Part shown: positions 18,182-27,821 of the stretch, one piece after another | How positions within the stretch are numbered: the stretch's first letter is position 1 | Layout: each line of letters begins with the position of its first letter | IMG/VR virus record: IMGVR_UViG_3300031965_000011 | Coordinates: 1-64,000 of that record | DNA length: 64,000 bases | Direction: 5' to 3' (one strand) | Origin: a virus | The notes under the pieces: generated by a model | Told to the model about the DNA's origin: nothing | The model's database searches: none | What the model saw: the letters and a program-made list of their open reading frames with translations, nothing else | Translations under genes and position numbers: made by a program

Positions 18182-18580
18182 ATGAGAACCCTGTTAATCG
18201 CGCTGCTGTGCGCCCTGCCGCTCTTCGCTGGCCAGTCGATCACCAAGTACGAAACGCGGACCACGACCGGCCAGACGGCGACCATCGACGTTTCGACCAT
18301 CCGGCGCGCCAACGATGTCAAGACGGTCACACTGCAAGTCGAGTTGGTCTCCGGTACGGTCAGCGCGTGCTCGGTGCAATTGGAAGGCCGTCTCGACGGC
18401 ATGACTGCGTGGGCCGCGGTCGGTACGGCTGTCGATTGCAATACCGCAGAGCCGGACGGCGTTAAGGGCGGCTCCGTGTCGAGCGTCGCCAGCTTCGACC
18501 AATACAGGGCAAGCCTGTACACGCTGACGGGTACTGATCCCGTGATCGGCATTGGCCTCAAGGTCCAGACCGAGCAGTAG
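18182..18580 (+). CDS. Small protein with a signal-peptide-like N-terminus
   Basis: N-terminus MRTLLIALLCALPLFAGQS. Confidence 0.5.
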   Translation: MRTLLIALLCALPLFAGQSITKYETRTTTGQTATIDVSTIRRANDVKTVTLQVELVSGTVSACSVQLEGRLDGMTAWAAVGTAVDCNTAEPDGVKGGSVSSVASFDQYRASLYTLTGTDPVIGIGLKVQTEQ

Positions 18581-18604
18581 CCCGCGCTCTCACCGGAGCA
18601 ATCC

Positions 18605-21600
18605 ATGAAACTCTTGCGAATCATCGCGCTGCTGTGTGCGGCGACGGGAATCCTGTGCGCCACGACCGTCACCGGGACGCTCGAAAACGGCCTAGGGCAA
18701 CCGTTCAACGGCCGGCTTGTGATCTCCTGGCAGACGTTCGTCGCGCCCGGCGGCCAGGTGGTCGTTGGCGGCCAGCAGCAAGTTCGCGTTGTTGACGGCA
18801 TCTTGGACGTTGACCTTGCGCCCAACATCGGCTCCGATCCTGCCGGCACGTCCTACCGCGTCGTCTACACCGGCAGCGGGTACAACGCTTCGGAAGTCTG
18901 GGAAGTCCCGGACACGTCGAGCGTCGATGTGGCCAGCGTGCGCGTTTCAGTAACCCCCACTCCGGTACTGACGCTCGACCTGAATCAGATCGACACATCC
19001 ACGGCCGTCGATAACTACCACCTCGTCTACACTACCGCGGACGGCGTCAAGTGGGCGCTGGACGCGGGCGGCGGCGGATCGATGATCGTCACCGAAAGCG
19101 ACGGGTCTCCTTCTGTCGACCCGGCGACGACGCTGGAATTCCTGGCTTCCGAGTTCGTCGTCACCGACCAAGGCTCGGGCGTGGCGCGGGCGGCCCTTGG
19201 CGTCGTTCCCGAAGCTAAGATTGATGCGACGATTGCGCGCGACTCGGAGCTGCATAGCCAATCGCACGTTCTCGACGGCGCCGACCATACCGTTAGCGGC
19301 CTCACGGCCGGCCAGGTCTTGCAATCGCTTTCGGCGACCACGTTTGGATTTGACGATTTGGCCGAAGGGCAAGTCACGCAGCACGAAGCCGCGCTGACCG
19401 TCACGGAAAGCCAGATCAGCGACCTGCAAGCCTATCTACTCACCGAGGCGAACAATCTTGAGACCGCAGCGACCGGCATTCTCTCCGGCGAGATCTTCGT
19501 AGGCAACGGACCGGGAGCGGGCGTCTACGTAGCCGTCTCGGGAGACGGCACGTTGTCCTCCGCGGGCGTGCTGGACGTCACGAACGTCACCGGCGCTACC
19601 GGGGCGGACGCCGACAATCTCGGCAATAACAACATCGAGGAGCTGGCCAATGTCGATGTGACAGGCCTAGGCGACGGTGATTGCTTTCTCTACGACGGCG
19701 TCACTGACAACCGCTGGGAGGTTGGCCCCTGTCCTGGCGCAGGCGGCGGCATTACGTCGCTCAATACACTGACGGCCTCGACGCAGACCTTTGCCGACGT
19801 CGACGACACGAACGTAACCCTCGGCATCAACTCGACGAGCAGCACGCACACATTCACCCTTGGCTGGACCGGCGCACTGTCGGACAGCCGCGTTGCCAAC
19901 GACATCACGCTTGACAACCTCACCCAGGTCACGACGCGCAACTACTCGGACCTACAAAGTATTCCGTCCACCTTTGCGCCCTCGGCCCACGTGCTCGACA
20001 GCGCGACCCATACCGTCTCCGGGCAGACCGCCGGCCAGGTGCTCCAGGCCTTGACGGCCACTACCTTTGGCTTTGCGAATCTCGCTGCTGGCCAGGTAAC
20101 CGCGCACGAAGCGGCGCTGACGATCCTGACCAGTCAACTCAGCGGCACGGTCGATATCAGCGCTCAAACGAACCTCTCGACTGACGGTCAAGGAGTCGAA
20201 CTTACCGGCGATCAGCTCTCGATCGAGCTGAATGGCGCGACGCTGGCCAAGGCGGCGGGCGGTCTCAGCGTGTCTAGCGTGGCCGGCGTCACTGGCGCTA
20301 ACGAAGACGACCTGAGCGACAATACCCTGCCGGACCTGTCCGATGTCGTCTCAGCCGCGAACACCAACCGATTCGCGCTCGTCGCCAACGGCACAACCGG
20401 CTACGTAGGGCGCCTGCTCGTCGAGGCGGACATATCGGACCTACAGGCGTATCTCACCGCCGAGGTCAACAACTTAGAAGCGAACGACCCGCCGACGATC
20501 GAGGCGACCGAGGTCTATATCGGCACGGCTTCAGGGGCGGGAGCCTTCGCAGCTCTCTCCGGCGACGTCTCGATGAGTTCCGGCGGCGTGGTCACGGTTG
20601 CCGACAACAGCCACGCTCACGACGGCACGACGATCTCCGCGCTTGACGCAGCCGACACGACGACGGGAGCTTTTGCCGATGCTCGGATTTCGGAGTCCAG
20701 CGTTACTCAGCATGAGGCCGCGCTCTCGCTGACCGAATCGCAGATTAGCGACCTCGATCACTTGACGCTTGCCGAGGTCGAAGCCAACGCCAATAATTTC
20801 ACTGCCCAGCAGGATATCGACGGCGTAGCCGTTCCGCTGCGTTTTGGCGGCTTGACGGCAGACGCTTTCTTCACGGCCTTCTCGGTCGTCGACCCGACAG
20901 CTGCACGCACGGTCACTGTTCCGAACGCCAATAGCGCTTTCGTCCAGCCGATCACCTGCGGCGGCACGGACAAGATCTCAGAGATTGGCGCGGACGGTTT
21001 GCCGGTCTGTTCGGCTGACGATGGCGGCGGCGGCGGACTCAGCAACGCCTACGTCTCAATGACGGATGGTACGACCTCGGCTAACGCTTCCGGCGGCGAT
21101 ACGTTTAAGTTTCGCTCGGCTAACGGGCTGGCCACAGTAGCGGTGCAGAGCAATGACGCCACCCACGGCGACAACCTGCTAGTCACGATCAACGAAGGCA
21201 GCTTCACGTTGTCGAACATTGGCGGGGCGGTGACCGACGGGCAGGTGCCGGACGATATTACCGTTGACCTGGCGACTGTGGCCACGACGGCTAATGCCGG
21301 AGACAGCGCGACAGCCTTCTTCTCTGCCGGGCAGATCGAAGCGGCCCGCGGCGGCACGGGTATTGATTCCGGCGCATTGACCGGCGTGCTGCGCGTGGCG
21401 GCCGGAACGTGGACGGCGGACGCCGGCTTCTCGCACTTGGCCGGGACGGCTGCCGACGCCCAGATACCCAATGACATCACTATCGACCTAGCGGCGCAAG
21501 CGACCGAGGCGCTTGGGGTCGCCCCGGATTCGGTTGCTCTAGGCGGCGACACGACCGGCAATTACGTCGCCGATGTGAACGGCTCGCTGAGCGTAGCGGT

Positions 21601-24600
21601 GACCGGCGCGGACGAAGAGACCGCGACCAAGGTCGTCGCCTTCGACTACAGCCAAACGCTCGCTGGAAATCCAGCGCTCAATGCCGAAGAAGCGGTCTTC
21701 TCGACCGATGGCGCCGGCGGCGCGGCCGTCCTCATCGAAGGTTCGGTGGCGGATGCTTTCGAGGGCCTATACCTCTTCCCCGACGTCACGGGCGCGGATG
21801 CCACGCGGGTGCTTGCTTACAACGAGCAGTCGCTCTCGGGCGACCTTGGCGGCACGATCGCCTCGCCGACGGTCGTGGATAATTCGCACGCGCACGACGG
21901 GACGACCATCAGCGCGCTCGACGCGGGCGATACAACTACGGGATCGTTTGCCGACGGTCGAATCAGCCAGTCAAGCGTTACCCAGCACGTAGCGGCCATC
22001 GACCATGACGCGCTACTCAACTTCGCCGCCGACGAGCACGTTGCCCATAGCGGCGTGACGATTACCGCGGGCGCTGGTCTTGGCGGCGGCGGCGACATCG
22101 CTTCGTCCTTCTCGCTGAGCGTCGCATCGCAAGAGGCCAATTTCCTGACCGACGGCGGCGCGACCTCACTGACCTGCGGAGCCGGCAACCCCGGAAAGAT
22201 GCAGGTGATGGACGACGGCACCATCGAGTACTGTGATGGCGCCGCAACCCCGAATCTGCGGGTATTTGATCCGACAGCCTCAGGCGCCGATGACCTTGGC
22301 TCTGGAGATCCTGGCGCGAACGGCATCATGGTCCGCACGGCGCTCAACACGACCGTGGCGCGGACGCTGACCGGCGACGCGGAAATCGTCGTCACTAACG
22401 GCGACGGCGTGGCTGGCGCCCCAACGCTAAACATTGCGGCAAGCATCGCTCGCGATAGTGAGTTGCCGACCCTGGCCAGCGGCACGGGCGTCGCCGTCAC
22501 AGGCGGACCGGCCTACACCGCGGCCTTTGATTTCTCGGACGCTGGCGCGGATCCCGCGCTAGGCTCCGAAGAGTGTCGTTTCTCGAACGAGGGAGCCTCG
22601 GCTGGCGGTTGGGTTTGCGAGGGCTCGACAGCCGACACGATCGAGACGCGTTTCCGCGTGACGGACCCGACCTCGACAGACAAGGTAATCACCTTCCCCG
22701 ACGCTACGGGCGAAGTGTCCCTTCTTGGCCAATCGATTTCCGACGCCGAAGTAGAAGACGACATCACGCTCACAAACCTTACGCAGGTCACCACGCGTCT
22801 GTACTCCGACCTGCAAAGCATCCCGAGCACGTTCGCTCCCTCGGCTCATGCGCTAGTTGGAGCTGACCACACCGCGAGCGGACTGACCACCGGACACGTC
22901 GTACGCGCGACGGGCGCGACCACTTTCGCTTGGCAGCAACTCGCATTTGCCGACCTCTCGGGCACCGCGACGGTTGTTCTCGACAGCGAGAGCCCTGCGG
23001 CTGGAGACATCGACGGGACATTTGCGGCAGGACTGACGATCAACGCTAACTCGGTTGAGCTGACCACGGACACCACGGGCAATTATGTCCAGCAGGTCGC
23101 CGACGGCACAGGCATCGACGGCTCGGTCAACTCAGAAGGCGGCACCTACACGCCGACACTTGACCTGACCGAAGTCAACAACGTCACTTTCGGCGACAAC
23201 ACGCTCGCAACCATCACGCACACGATCGACCCGACCGGGACGACTAGTCCGGTTTGGTCTTACTCGGACGGCGTGGCGAACCTGTCTGCTGGAGCCCTGC
23301 AGGTGGGCGGTACTCCTGTCCTGACGGCATCTCCTTTCGGGGCGACGATTGACGACACCGAGCTAACCGCGGAGGACTTCGGCGACTTCACCAACGCCGG
23401 GGGTGAAGACGGCTTCACCTTGGACACGGACGTTGTTTCTGCGAACGAGTTGGACGCCGCAGGCGTTGAGGCAGAGCTTGAGGCGGTACTCGACCTACAG
23501 GACCTGCAAGGCGCGGTGACCGACGCTCAAGTCCCGGATACGATCACAGCGTCCAATTACCTACTGCTCGCGGGCGGCACGCTGACGGGTCAACTGGTCG
23601 CCGATAACCTCGGCATCGAGTTCGAAGACTCCGACACGAACCCAGCCTGCGCGGCCGGCAACTACAACATCTTCGCCGACCTCAGCGAAACGACGCTCAA
23701 AAAGTGCATCAATGGAACCGTCAGTGATCTGGACACGGGCGGCGGATCGGGCGATGCGGTCACTGTGAACGGCGTGGCCGTCGACACGACCGCGGATCTC
23801 GACGACACGGCCACGGTCTCTTGGGCGCTCGTGGACGGCGGCGCTGGCGGACCAGACCAAGCACGGGCGTCCGTCGTCGCTGACTCCATCGGACCCGCGC
23901 AGATCGACGAGACCGGGACTTACGATTTCAGCGCGGGAGCGATGACGCTGCCCTCTGGTACGCAAGTCGGCACGGGAACCACGCCGTTCAACCTCACCGG
24001 GTTCACCGACGACGCAGCACCCTCCGCTCCGGGCGCAGCGAATCAATTCACTTGGTACCACGACCGCCCGACCGGGATGCCAGCCTTCATCCTCAACGGC
24101 GGCTCGGCAACGCTGCTGGAGACCGACACCCACGCAAGCGAGCACCTGGAAAACGCTGCCGACGAAATCCTGGTCGAGAACCTCGGCACGGCGTGTACCG
24201 AGAACCAGATCCCCAAGGCCAACGCTACGGGAGGCATTGTTTGCGCGACGGATGAAACCGGCGGGGGCGCCGGCGCGGACGAAAACTACCAAGAATCATT
24301 CACGTCGCAAACCTCTGTCACCGCCACCGGCGCGGAGCACGGCTTCGGCCACGAAAAGCTAGTCGTCGCAGTCTACGACAACGCCTCTCCCAAGAAGCTG
24401 ATCCAGCCCGCTAGCGTCACGATCAACACCAGTACGTTCGACGTCGTGGTGACTTTCGCCGTGGCCCAGAGCGGCACGCTGGTAATCGCAGGATCGGCAA
24501 CCGCGGGCGGCGGTTCGCTGACAGTCGAAGAAGCGGATGCAGCGCCGTCAATCTCGAGCGTTTCCACGATCCAGTTTGACCAAGCTGACGGGTTCACGGT

Positions 24601-25309
24601 GACCGATGAAACCGGCGGCCAAATACAAGTCGACCTGACGCTGGCCGATGCGCATATTCCGAATGACATCACTATTGATCTGGCGACTCTTGCCACGACG
24701 GCTAACGCTGGGGACTCAGCGACATCCTTCTTCCCGACTGGCACGCTAGAAGATGCGCGCCTCAGCGCCAATGTCTCGCTGCTCGGCCAAGAGGTCGGCA
24801 GCGCGGAATTAGTCGCCGAGGATTTTGGCGATTTCACTTGTGACGGCCTCGCGGCTGGCTGCACTCTTGACACGGACTTCATCTCCGAGGCTGAGTTGGC
24901 ATCCGAGGGCGACCTGGAAACCCAGATCGGGACCAACATGGCGTCGGAGGCTGAAGTGCCCAGCCTGCAAGCCCCCGAGACGATCTCCTGGGCCATCTCC
25001 GACCCGGCGACGGCGGACTCAGGGAATTTGCAATGGTTAGCGGCCAAGGGCGTGACGATCACCCAAGTGGACTGCTCGACTGATGTCGGCACAGTCACGA
25101 TTCAGCTCGACGAACGGACTAAGACGACGCCTAACACGAGCGGCACGGATGTGCTGACGGCTCCACTGGTTTGCGACAGCGATAACGAAACAACTACGAG
25201 TTTCACGAACGCGGTCATCGCGGACGCCGCTTTGCTCAGCCTCGATATTGATGCTGTCGCGTCCAGCCCGACTCAGGTAAGGATTCATGTTGAGTACACG
25301 ATTAATTAG
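18605..25309 (+). CDS. Giant (2234 aa) repeat-rich tail-fibre-like protein with a signal-peptide-like N-terminus
   Basis: N-terminus MKLLRIIALLCAATGILCATT. Multiple diverged internal repeats (DNSHAHDGTTISALDA.DTTTG.FAD.RIS.SSVTQH x2; SIPSTFAPSAH..D.A.HT.SG.T.G.V x2-3; IPNDITIDLA..ATTANAGDSAT.FF x3). Confidence 0.7.
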   Translation: MKLLRIIALLCAATGILCATTVTGTLENGLGQPFNGRLVISWQTFVAPGGQVVVGGQQQVRVVDGILDVDLAPNIGSDPAGTSYRVVYTGSGYNASEVWEVPDTSSVDVASVRVSVTPTPVLTLDLNQIDTSTAVDNYHLVYTTADGVKWALDAGGGGSMIVTESDGSPSVDPATTLEFLASEFVVTDQGSGVARAALGVVPEAKIDATIARDSELHSQSHVLDGADHTVSGLTAGQVLQSLSATTFGFDDLAEGQVTQHEAALTVTESQISDLQAYLLTEANNLETAATGILSGEIFVGNGPGAGVYVAVSGDGTLSSAGVLDVTNVTGATGADADNLGNNNIEELANVDVTGLGDGDCFLYDGVTDNRWEVGPCPGAGGGITSLNTLTASTQTFADVDDTNVTLGINSTSSTHTFTLGWTGALSDSRVANDITLDNLTQVTTRNYSDLQSIPSTFAPSAHVLDSATHTVSGQTAGQVLQALTATTFGFANLAAGQVTAHEAALTILTSQLSGTVDISAQTNLSTDGQGVELTGDQLSIELNGATLAKAAGGLSVSSVAGVTGANEDDLSDNTLPDLSDVVSAANTNRFALVANGTTGYVGRLLVEADISDLQAYLTAEVNNLEANDPPTIEATEVYIGTASGAGAFAALSGDVSMSSGGVVTVADNSHAHDGTTISALDAADTTTGAFADARISESSVTQHEAALSLTESQISDLDHLTLAEVEANANNFTAQQDIDGVAVPLRFGGLTADAFFTAFSVVDPTAARTVTVPNANSAFVQPITCGGTDKISEIGADGLPVCSADDGGGGGLSNAYVSMTDGTTSANASGGDTFKFRSANGLATVAVQSNDATHGDNLLVTINEGSFTLSNIGGAVTDGQVPDDITVDLATVATTANAGDSATAFFSAGQIEAARGGTGIDSGALTGVLRVAAGTWTADAGFSHLAGTAADAQIPNDITIDLAAQATEALGVAPDSVALGGDTTGNYVADVNGSLSVAVTGADEETATKVVAFDYSQTLAGNPALNAEEAVFSTDGAGGAAVLIEGSVADAFEGLYLFPDVTGADATRVLAYNEQSLSGDLGGTIASPTVVDNSHAHDGTTISALDAGDTTTGSFADGRISQSSVTQHVAAIDHDALLNFAADEHVAHSGVTITAGAGLGGGGDIASSFSLSVASQEANFLTDGGATSLTCGAGNPGKMQVMDDGTIEYCDGAATPNLRVFDPTASGADDLGSGDPGANGIMVRTALNTTVARTLTGDAEIVVTNGDGVAGAPTLNIAASIARDSELPTLASGTGVAVTGGPAYTAAFDFSDAGADPALGSEECRFSNEGASAGGWVCEGSTADTIETRFRVTDPTSTDKVITFPDATGEVSLLGQSISDAEVEDDITLTNLTQVTTRLYSDLQSIPSTFAPSAHALVGADHTASGLTTGHVVRATGATTFAWQQLAFADLSGTATVVLDSESPAAGDIDGTFAAGLTINANSVELTTDTTGNYVQQVADGTGIDGSVNSEGGTYTPTLDLTEVNNVTFGDNTLATITHTIDPTGTTSPVWSYSDGVANLSAGALQVGGTPVLTASPFGATIDDTELTAEDFGDFTNAGGEDGFTLDTDVVSANELDAAGVEAELEAVLDLQDLQGAVTDAQVPDTITASNYLLLAGGTLTGQLVADNLGIEFEDSDTNPACAAGNYNIFADLSETTLKKCINGTVSDLDTGGGSGDAVTVNGVAVDTTADLDDTATVSWALVDGGAGGPDQARASVVADSIGPAQIDETGTYDFSAGAMTLPSGTQVGTGTTPFNLTGFTDDAAPSAPGAANQFTWYHDRPTGMPAFILNGGSATLLETDTHASEHLENAADEILVENLGTACTENQIPKANATGGIVCATDETGGGAGADENYQESFTSQTSVTATGAEHGFGHEKLVVAVYDNASPKKLIQPASVTINTSTFDVVVTFAVAQSGTLVIAGSATAGGGSLTVEEADAAPSISSVSTIQFDQADGFTVTDETGGQIQVDLTLADAHIPNDITIDLATLATTANAGDSATSFFPTGTLEDARLSANVSLLGQEVGSAELVAEDFGDFTCDGLAAGCTLDTDFISEAELASEGDLETQIGTNMASEAEVPSLQAPETISWAISDPATADSGNLQWLAAKGVTITQVDCSTDVGTVTIQLDERTKTTPNTSGTDVLTAPLVCDSDNETTTSFTNAVIADAALLSLDIDAVASSPTQVRIHVEYTIN

Positions 25310-26048
25310 TGGATTGTTATTACTGTCCGTTTGCGCTGCCGCGCAATTGCTATTACGCGGCAGCGCCGATGCCGGGGGATTCTCGCCCGCACCGTGGATT
25401 CATTGGGATTGCGAGGAAGGCTCTGGGACGACCTGTGCGGATCTCGGAACTGCAAGCAACACCCTGAATTTACTGGCTAGCACGAATGACCCGGATTGGT
25501 TAACGTCGCCAGGCGGGTTGGATTTTGACATTAACGATGCGGCGACCGCGACAACTTCGCCAAACCTAGCGTTTCACTCGCAGGAGTACACAATTTGCAC
25601 CACGTCTGCACGCACATTGACGTCGGGAACCAGAAAGGGTCTGATCGGCGAGTACGACGGGCAGGGCTGGAAATTGGATTTGAACACCGGCGGTGTGCCG
25701 CATTTCTCCATATTCGAGTCAGGCTCGAATCGCATGCTGCAGCGGTTCGGGTCGGCTCTCGGTCAGGATGTCCCGACGTTCATTTGCGTGGCTTTGGACA
25801 CTCCTCCCGTGCAATCCACCACGGGTTTCTACGTTGACGGTGCGGCGGTGTCGTTCGTCAACGAAGGTAACGCCCTCACGGGAGACCCCCCATACGCAGG
25901 GACCTTGTTACAGGTAGGCACAATGCAAAGCGGCGGCGAGGGCCTCGTCAAAACCTGGAACGTCCTGATCTGGCAGCAAAAACTGGATAGTACCGAGATA
26001 GCGGCGGCCTGCAATGAATTTACGGAGGGTTTAGTGACATGTCCATAG
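25287..26048 (+). CDS. LamG / concanavalin-A-like lectin-fold protein with a signal-peptide-like N-terminus
   Basis: N-terminus MLSTRLISGLLLLSVCAAAQ. The C-terminal pattern ...FICVALD...GFYVDGAAV...LLQVG...WNVLIWQQKL is typical of the Laminin_G_3 jelly-roll. Confidence 0.5.
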   Translation: MLSTRLISGLLLLSVCAAAQLLLRGSADAGGFSPAPWIHWDCEEGSGTTCADLGTASNTLNLLASTNDPDWLTSPGGLDFDINDAATATTSPNLAFHSQEYTICTTSARTLTSGTRKGLIGEYDGQGWKLDLNTGGVPHFSIFESGSNRMLQRFGSALGQDVPTFICVALDTPPVQSTTGFYVDGAAVSFVNEGNALTGDPPYAGTLLQVGTMQSGGEGLVKTWNVLIWQQKLDSTEIAAACNEFTEGLVTCP

Positions 26049-27802
26049 TGCGGCTACTGTTAATCGGCTCACTGCTCGCGGCGTCTTGCGCCGCTAAGTC
26101 TATCCTCGTCGATCCGGGCGACTCTCTGCGCTTCCACGCTGACGCTGCCGTGACCTGGTCGGCGTCGGCGGGTTCGATCACCCCTGAGGGCCTCTGGGTC
26201 GCTCCGCAGACCGGCGCGGAGGCCGTCATTACCGCTACGGGTGCGGACGAATCGGACGCGATGACGGTCATGATCGCGCAAGCACCGCCTCCTCCTCCCC
26301 CACCGGATATCGCGGAAGTCGATATCTTGCCCGTGCTGGTTTCCGGCGAGACGCTGAGTTTTGACGACGGTTCGTCTTTCGTCGCGCCATCCGTCGTCGA
26401 GCCCACTGTCGTGGACGTGCCTGACTTTGGTCCGGTCCTGGTGGAGCCCGGGATCGTGGAGCCGCCCCCGCCGCCGATTGTCGAGACCGATTGCGCGGCG
26501 ATTGAAGCCGCTGGCGGGCTGATCGTCGCTCCAGGTTTCAGGCTCAACGGCGCTGGGACTTGCGAGAACCCTTATGACCTTGACCGCGTCGCCGGGCCGG
26601 TGACAATCGCGCAACCCGGCATGGAGTTCTGGTTTTTACCGGGGCATTACTCGCTCACTGACATGCCGGAGCGCATCAGCGGCTCATCGTCCACGCGAGT
26701 TAGGGCGACCATCGAACAGTTCCATTTCCGGCCAAAGGCCACGCCGGACAACAAAATCACCTACCGCTGCGCCGGTACCTGGCCCATGTCTCAGTGCGTC
26801 TTTGGGTTTCCCTCGACCACGCACGTAAACTCCGGTTATCTGGTCATCCGAGATTTCGTTTTCGACGACGAAGATTTCGTGCAGCGCACAATTACGCAGA
26901 CGGGCTCTTTCGGCCTGAATATCTCGAAGCCCGGCATGGTCTGCCAGTCGCCCGGCATCGAGCTAATCAACAATTGGAGCCGCAACAACGCTGGAGGAAT
27001 CGACGCGTACGTCAATTGCTCCGAAAGCTTGATTTACGGCAACTTTCTGTCAGGCAACGGCTGGACCGCTCCCGATCGGGATCACGGCAACGGCTTCTAC
27101 CTACAGCACTCGGCGCCTGAGCATAGGATCATCCGACACAATGTTGCGCTTTGGAATTACGCGCACGGCGCCCACACCTATGGTACGGGCGCGGCGACCC
27201 TGCGCAATATGGACTTCACCCAAAACGTCTTCGCGAACAATTCGCAAGACGGCCGCAACATGATCTTCCGCAGCGAGGGGAGCATCGGCAATATCCTCGT
27301 CGACGAAGCCCTCACCTGGCACAACGAAGGAGTAAGCTCAGTCGGTCTGGAGTTAGACGTTTATCCGTCCGGTTTCGATGCGCTGACGTTAACCAACTCG
27401 CGGTTTTTTGCGCAACGTCCCGTGAGAGTGACCTCGCACAGCGGCGGCGCCTTCACCAACGTCACCGCGGAAAACAACTTCGTGTCCTCGGAGCCGATCT
27501 GGGTATCTATAGCGGCGCAACCCTGGTTTACGATCGCAGCCGTGCCGGACGAGCTGTATATTTGGCCGAACGAGCGCGACCCTAACCGGGCCTGGGCAGT
27601 CGTTTACAACGGCTCGCAAGTGCCGTCTATTGCAATTGATCCCGGCTGGACGGTGTATGACGCGCAGTGCCTTTCGTGCGGCCCGGTCGGTGACAGCGTG
27701 CTGCCAATGACGCTGACGGAGATTGACGGCCCCGAGCACGATCTAGCGAAGTACGTCCATTCCGATTCGCGGTTTGGGGTCTTCCTGCTGGTGCGGAATT
27801 AG
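26039..27802 (+). CDS. Right-handed beta-helix (pectate-lyase fold) protein, putative glycan depolymerase, signal-peptide-like N-terminus
   Basis: N-terminus MSIVRLLLIGSLLAASCAAKS. Ig-like segment, poly-Pro linkers, then repeats NNWSRNNAGGID..., IYGNFLSGNG..., IRHNVALWNYAHG..., FTQNVFANNSQDG. Confidence 0.6.
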   Translation: MSIVRLLLIGSLLAASCAAKSILVDPGDSLRFHADAAVTWSASAGSITPEGLWVAPQTGAEAVITATGADESDAMTVMIAQAPPPPPPPDIAEVDILPVLVSGETLSFDDGSSFVAPSVVEPTVVDVPDFGPVLVEPGIVEPPPPPIVETDCAAIEAAGGLIVAPGFRLNGAGTCENPYDLDRVAGPVTIAQPGMEFWFLPGHYSLTDMPERISGSSSTRVRATIEQFHFRPKATPDNKITYRCAGTWPMSQCVFGFPSTTHVNSGYLVIRDFVFDDEDFVQRTITQTGSFGLNISKPGMVCQSPGIELINNWSRNNAGGIDAYVNCSESLIYGNFLSGNGWTAPDRDHGNGFYLQHSAPEHRIIRHNVALWNYAHGAHTYGTGAATLRNMDFTQNVFANNSQDGRNMIFRSEGSIGNILVDEALTWHNEGVSSVGLELDVYPSGFDALTLTNSRFFAQRPVRVTSHSGGAFTNVTAENNFVSSEPIWVSIAAQPWFTIAAVPDELYIWPNERDPNRAWAVVYNGSQVPSIAIDPGWTVYDAQCLSCGPVGDSVLPMTLTEIDGPEHDLAKYVHSDSRFGVFLLVRN

Positions 27803-27821
27803 TTATCGTGAACGGCGACTA

